A stretch of 64,000 nucleotides of DNA, from contig OU015567.1 in assembly GCA_907165135.1 (NCBI GenBank), positions 15,562,001 through 15,626,000 of the forward strand. The letters are read 5' to 3'. The notes under the pieces were generated by a model. The model made no database searches and was not told the DNA's origin. It saw only the letters and a program-made list of their open reading frames with translations. Positions 60,701 to 64,000 of the stretch are shown piece after piece (positions within the stretch are counted from its first letter, which is position 1; every line of letters starts with the position of its first letter). The position numbers and the translations under genes were made by a program. This stretch comes from Oikopleura dioica. Its lineage: Eukaryota > Animalia > Chordata.

Positions 60701-63700
60701 GAGATGAGTAGCTGGGCCAGGGACTCGAGATATTCAAGCCGCGGAGTGATACGCCCGCCCGAGCTGAAAAGAAAACATCAAACGAGGATGGGTTAAGGAT
60801 TAAGGGGCTAGCGCCAGATAGAAGTAATTTTGAAACTTACCACTGCGCGAAATCGCGGCCACAAGAATCGCAAGAGCCACCAGTAAGTGGAGAGTTTTCG
60901 CGAAACTCGAAAGTGCTGAAGTCGAAAATGAGCGGTAGATTAGCGCAATGAGATAATTGACATTTTTTCTGGTGACAAAAGTGGACTCAGAAATCCGCCA
61001 GAATGCGACTTCTGAGTTGGTCGGAGTTTTGAGGCGAAAACGAACTTTTAGAATTCAACATGCGTCAGAAACGTTTTTAGCGAGAAAAATCTGTATTTCA
61101 AAATTAAAAATATTAATTCATGATTTTTGAAAAATAAGATCGTGATCGGAGGGTCCTGGGTTCGATTCCTGGTAAAAATATTTTTTTTCTAGAAAAAACT
61201 CAGTATAAGAACTGTAAAAAAAAAGAAGTGTTAGAGACATTTTCCCGATAATTCGAAAATTTAGCGAAAAAACATTTCAAATTCCTCACTTCTTTTTTTA
61301 TTCTTTATTCAATTATCCATTTCTCACAAGTGTGAAATTTCCTATTCATCGCAAAAATACATTTCATAAGACCTATAAACTCAATGATTCAATTTCTCTC
61401 ACTTTCCATACCTGTCTTTTTTAAGGGTATCATCAACTTCAATCGAGTTTGGGCTCATTTCTCGCGATCGAGGAGACTTGATGCCGGAATCCGGCGTTTT
61501 CGAGCCTTCTCGGTTGGATTTTACGGGGATCATCAAGTGTTCGACGATTTCAGGAGTGACAGATCGGTCACGTGATGTTGGTTTTTGAAGGGTGTTAGTT
61601 GGAGTGGCATCAGAAGACGAAAATTAGGGTTGAAAATTTTGAAAATTTTTGAGGACAATTTATGGTTTTGTTCAAATGAAATTTCTTGAAAGCATATTTT
61701 TTCTTAGAAAATCGAAAGTTATTTTTCAATTTTGAGCTCATTTGTTTGCTCCTGGATGAAATTTCTTCTCTAAATGACGAAATAGTATCTCCAACCCTTT
61801 CCTTATAAATCGGGGCCTCTTTGGCCACATTAGTCTCAAATGCCGCCAACTTAGGCGTCGCTTCCAAGTCACGTGACAGATCATTTTCCAGCGGGTTATT
61901 CTGTCGGACAGGCACAGTAGCTTCTTCAGGCAAGAAGTGACTGGCCGGTTGCTTATCTTCTGGGTAAAGATCGTCCCAGGTCAGCGGCTTGCGGCCCGTC
62001 TCATACGGATGAGTTGACGTTTTCGTATTTGCGTCTCGCGGTAGATTACGGCCAGCGCCAGATTTGGCGAACTTAACACGTTACTGTTGATTATCGAGAA
62101 TAAGAACCCCACTGACTTTTCCGCTCAATGAAAAGTTAAACTCTTCTTTTTTAACCCATCTGCACCGATGGGCCAAAAAATTGCCCTTTTTGAAAAGAAA
62201 GCAAAAATAAGACTTTCTGATTTGTTGATGTTAATCTTATTAATTGTCCAATCAAAATGGCTGATTTTTCGGAAATTTTGAATTTTTAAACATGGCGCCA
62301 GAAATGAAGCTTTCTTATTGGGCGATAGAATTTTCATGAATCTCCCAATCAGACATCTTTTTTCGGCGATTTTTTGAAGCTGAAATTGTGCCTTTTGATT
62401 GGATTGATAATTTTTTTTTGTCATCCAACCAAAAGGCTTTCTTTCGGCGCCAAATTCAAAATTTATATTCCCGCGGTATCAAAATAAATATTGAATAAAG
62501 CGAGAATTTTGAGGAAAGATAATTGTTTGTTTCTTACATTGGTTTTTTGATCGTATGTCGCCGGAACTGATCTCGGGTTGATCTGCAAAGCTGCGTCGGG
62601 GGAACGTGAGCATCCACTGCTGCAAGATTGAGTTGGGTTAACGATAGCACAAGAACTCGGCGCATTACCTGTTGTTCACGGGACGCTCGGAGGATGATCC
62701 CCGATGAGCCTGAAATTCGAATTACGATTTGGCTCGAAACGTTGCGACGAAACGCATTTACTAGCGAGAATTGTGAACAAGTGCTCGTTTTTTGGACTAA
62801 TTTGGTTTTCGGGGCTTATTGAAACTAAAATTGTAATGATTTGAAAAGGTGAAAATCCATCGTGAAAAAAGTGGACCAATGAAACATTTTGTCGTGGATG
62901 GATTCATGAAAATAATACTGTATTACTGTCAGTAAAAAAAAACGAGTAAACGAGTAAAAAAAATGTCTTCATTAAGATAAGAGAGTGACACCCTTATTTT
63001 ATTTAGAGAGAAGCTAAATATTTTCCTGAAACAAAAGTTAAGAGGTGAAAAAAATAAGGGTATCACTTTGTTTTGGCTCGGCAAGCTGTCTTGAAAACCT
63101 GAGTCAGGGTCCCGAAAAAGCTTAGCGGCTATGCTTCGAGGACCCTGACTCAGGTTTTCTACACAGGTTTTCGAGCCAAGACATAGTGATACCCTTATTT
63201 TTTCTTGCCAAATATTTGTTTGAGGAAATTTTTTGCAATATTTTGCTCCATTTGAGGCGATTTTTTTCCTTTGTTAGCTCAAAATCGCTGAAAAACTGTT
63301 CTACAGTTTTAGAGAAGCGTTCTAATTATGTGTTCACAAGAATGGGAAATCTATTTTGGGCTGATTTGTCGCTAGTTTAATGCTTTTCCGAGTCCTGTTT
63401 GGCCTCACGTAAGCAAAATAATTGAAGCTAAAACAAAATCTATTTTTATATTCTTGGTACATCATTAAAAAAGAGGGATTCGGGGCAACCCAATTAAGAG
63501 CTTTTTCTAGCGAAAAAAAAAGACGAAAAAAGAGCTCTTGTGAGAAACAATTACAAAAATTAAAACAAGTGCTTTTTTCAAGAACGAAGTTCATTCGAGA
63601 AAAATGATTTTTGAATTTAGAAATGATCAAGTGTCGCATCAATTTCAGATTTGAAGTTAAGTTTGATGAGAGTTGGTTTTCAGTGTAGAAATTTTGATCT

Positions 63701-63800
63701 GTCGGATCATGCAGAAGGCGCCGGTCACGTGGTCGAGAGGGAGGAGTTTTTGGGACTGAGGTGGTGGAGTGACAGTGATTTGGACAGCTGCAGTGCGAGA
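57746..63800 (-). CDS. Uncharacterised multi-exon protein, Ser/Pro-rich, with a CxxC motif and a basic C-terminus; 5' end probably beyond the window
   Basis: In-phase chain 62619-62538 (SSGCSRSPD...QKTN) to 62071- (FAKSGAGRNLP...TWDDLYPEDK); ...IEVDDTLKKD|STFEFRENSPLTGGSCDSCGRDFAQC|SGGRITPRLEYLESLAQLLISKADEIK; last exons ...RKKKRSLFSFGRKKDKKNKSLKDKNQTL*. Confidence 0.6.
60205..60362. mobile_element. Possible piggyBac-type MITE (TTAA-CCC...GGG-TTAA)
   Basis: TTAA at 60201-04 and 60363-66; imperfect TIR including TTTTTGAGCCAAT / ATTGGCTCAAAAA. Confidence 0.5.
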
Positions 63801-63891
63801 TTTTTGGGGAATCGGCGATTTTAGTTGATTTTTGGGGCTTTTCTAGGTTAAAATGCGACAATTTTGACCAAAATTTTAGTCAAATTTTGGA

Positions 63892-63995
63892 CCAATCAGA
63901 TGTCTGCGCTCGGCTTGTCGGCCAATCAGATTCTTTCAATTTTTCAGCCATCTGATTGGTCGACCAGCCGAATGCGGACATCTGATTGGTCCAAA
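63892..63995. repeat. Palindrome with two CCAATCAG then two CTGATTGG boxes
   Basis: GGACCAATCAGATGTC..GC..CGGCT..TCG.CCAATCAGA is mirrored on the right; a half copy lies at ~51900-51945. Confidence 0.7.
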
Positions 63996-64000
63996 ATTAG

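Noticed and set aside
61140-61175. tRNA-like GGTTCGATTCC (T-loop/B-box)
   Set aside because: There is no D-arm, A-box or acceptor stem upstream; at most a SINE or tRNA fragment.
61424-61437. TTAAGGGTATCATC as another copy of the recurrent motif
   Set aside because: It lies in a predicted exon of the minus-strand gene (codons for DDTLK); likely coincidental.

Overview
AT-rich eukaryotic (animal) genomic DNA with short introns, many with non-canonical GA donors. The intron style and protein families point to a larvacean tunicate such as Oikopleura (inference). Main content: (1) a five-member dispersed family of Ser/Thr kinase + coiled coil + unrecognised beta-rich C-terminal domain ending in 'VRWNI'. 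It has three intact kinases, one kinase with an in-frame stop and one kinase-less member; the kinases have DFN instead of DFG and the C-terminal domain has hypervariable loops. (2) A class A GPCR, one or two Cys-rich/kelch-like propeller genes, a single-pass PPxY membrane protein, a 59-aa Gly-tailed microprotein below the ORF-track cutoff, and two uncharacterised minus-strand genes. (3) A dense set of non-autonomous palindromic transposons (TTAA-flanked, TA-flanked and fold-back), several carrying AP-1 or CCAAT motifs. One sits in a coding exon and appears to be removed exactly as a GT-AG intron (introner-like). No autonomous transposase, rRNA, complete tRNA or CRISPR array was seen. All exon models were read by eye and are unvalidated.
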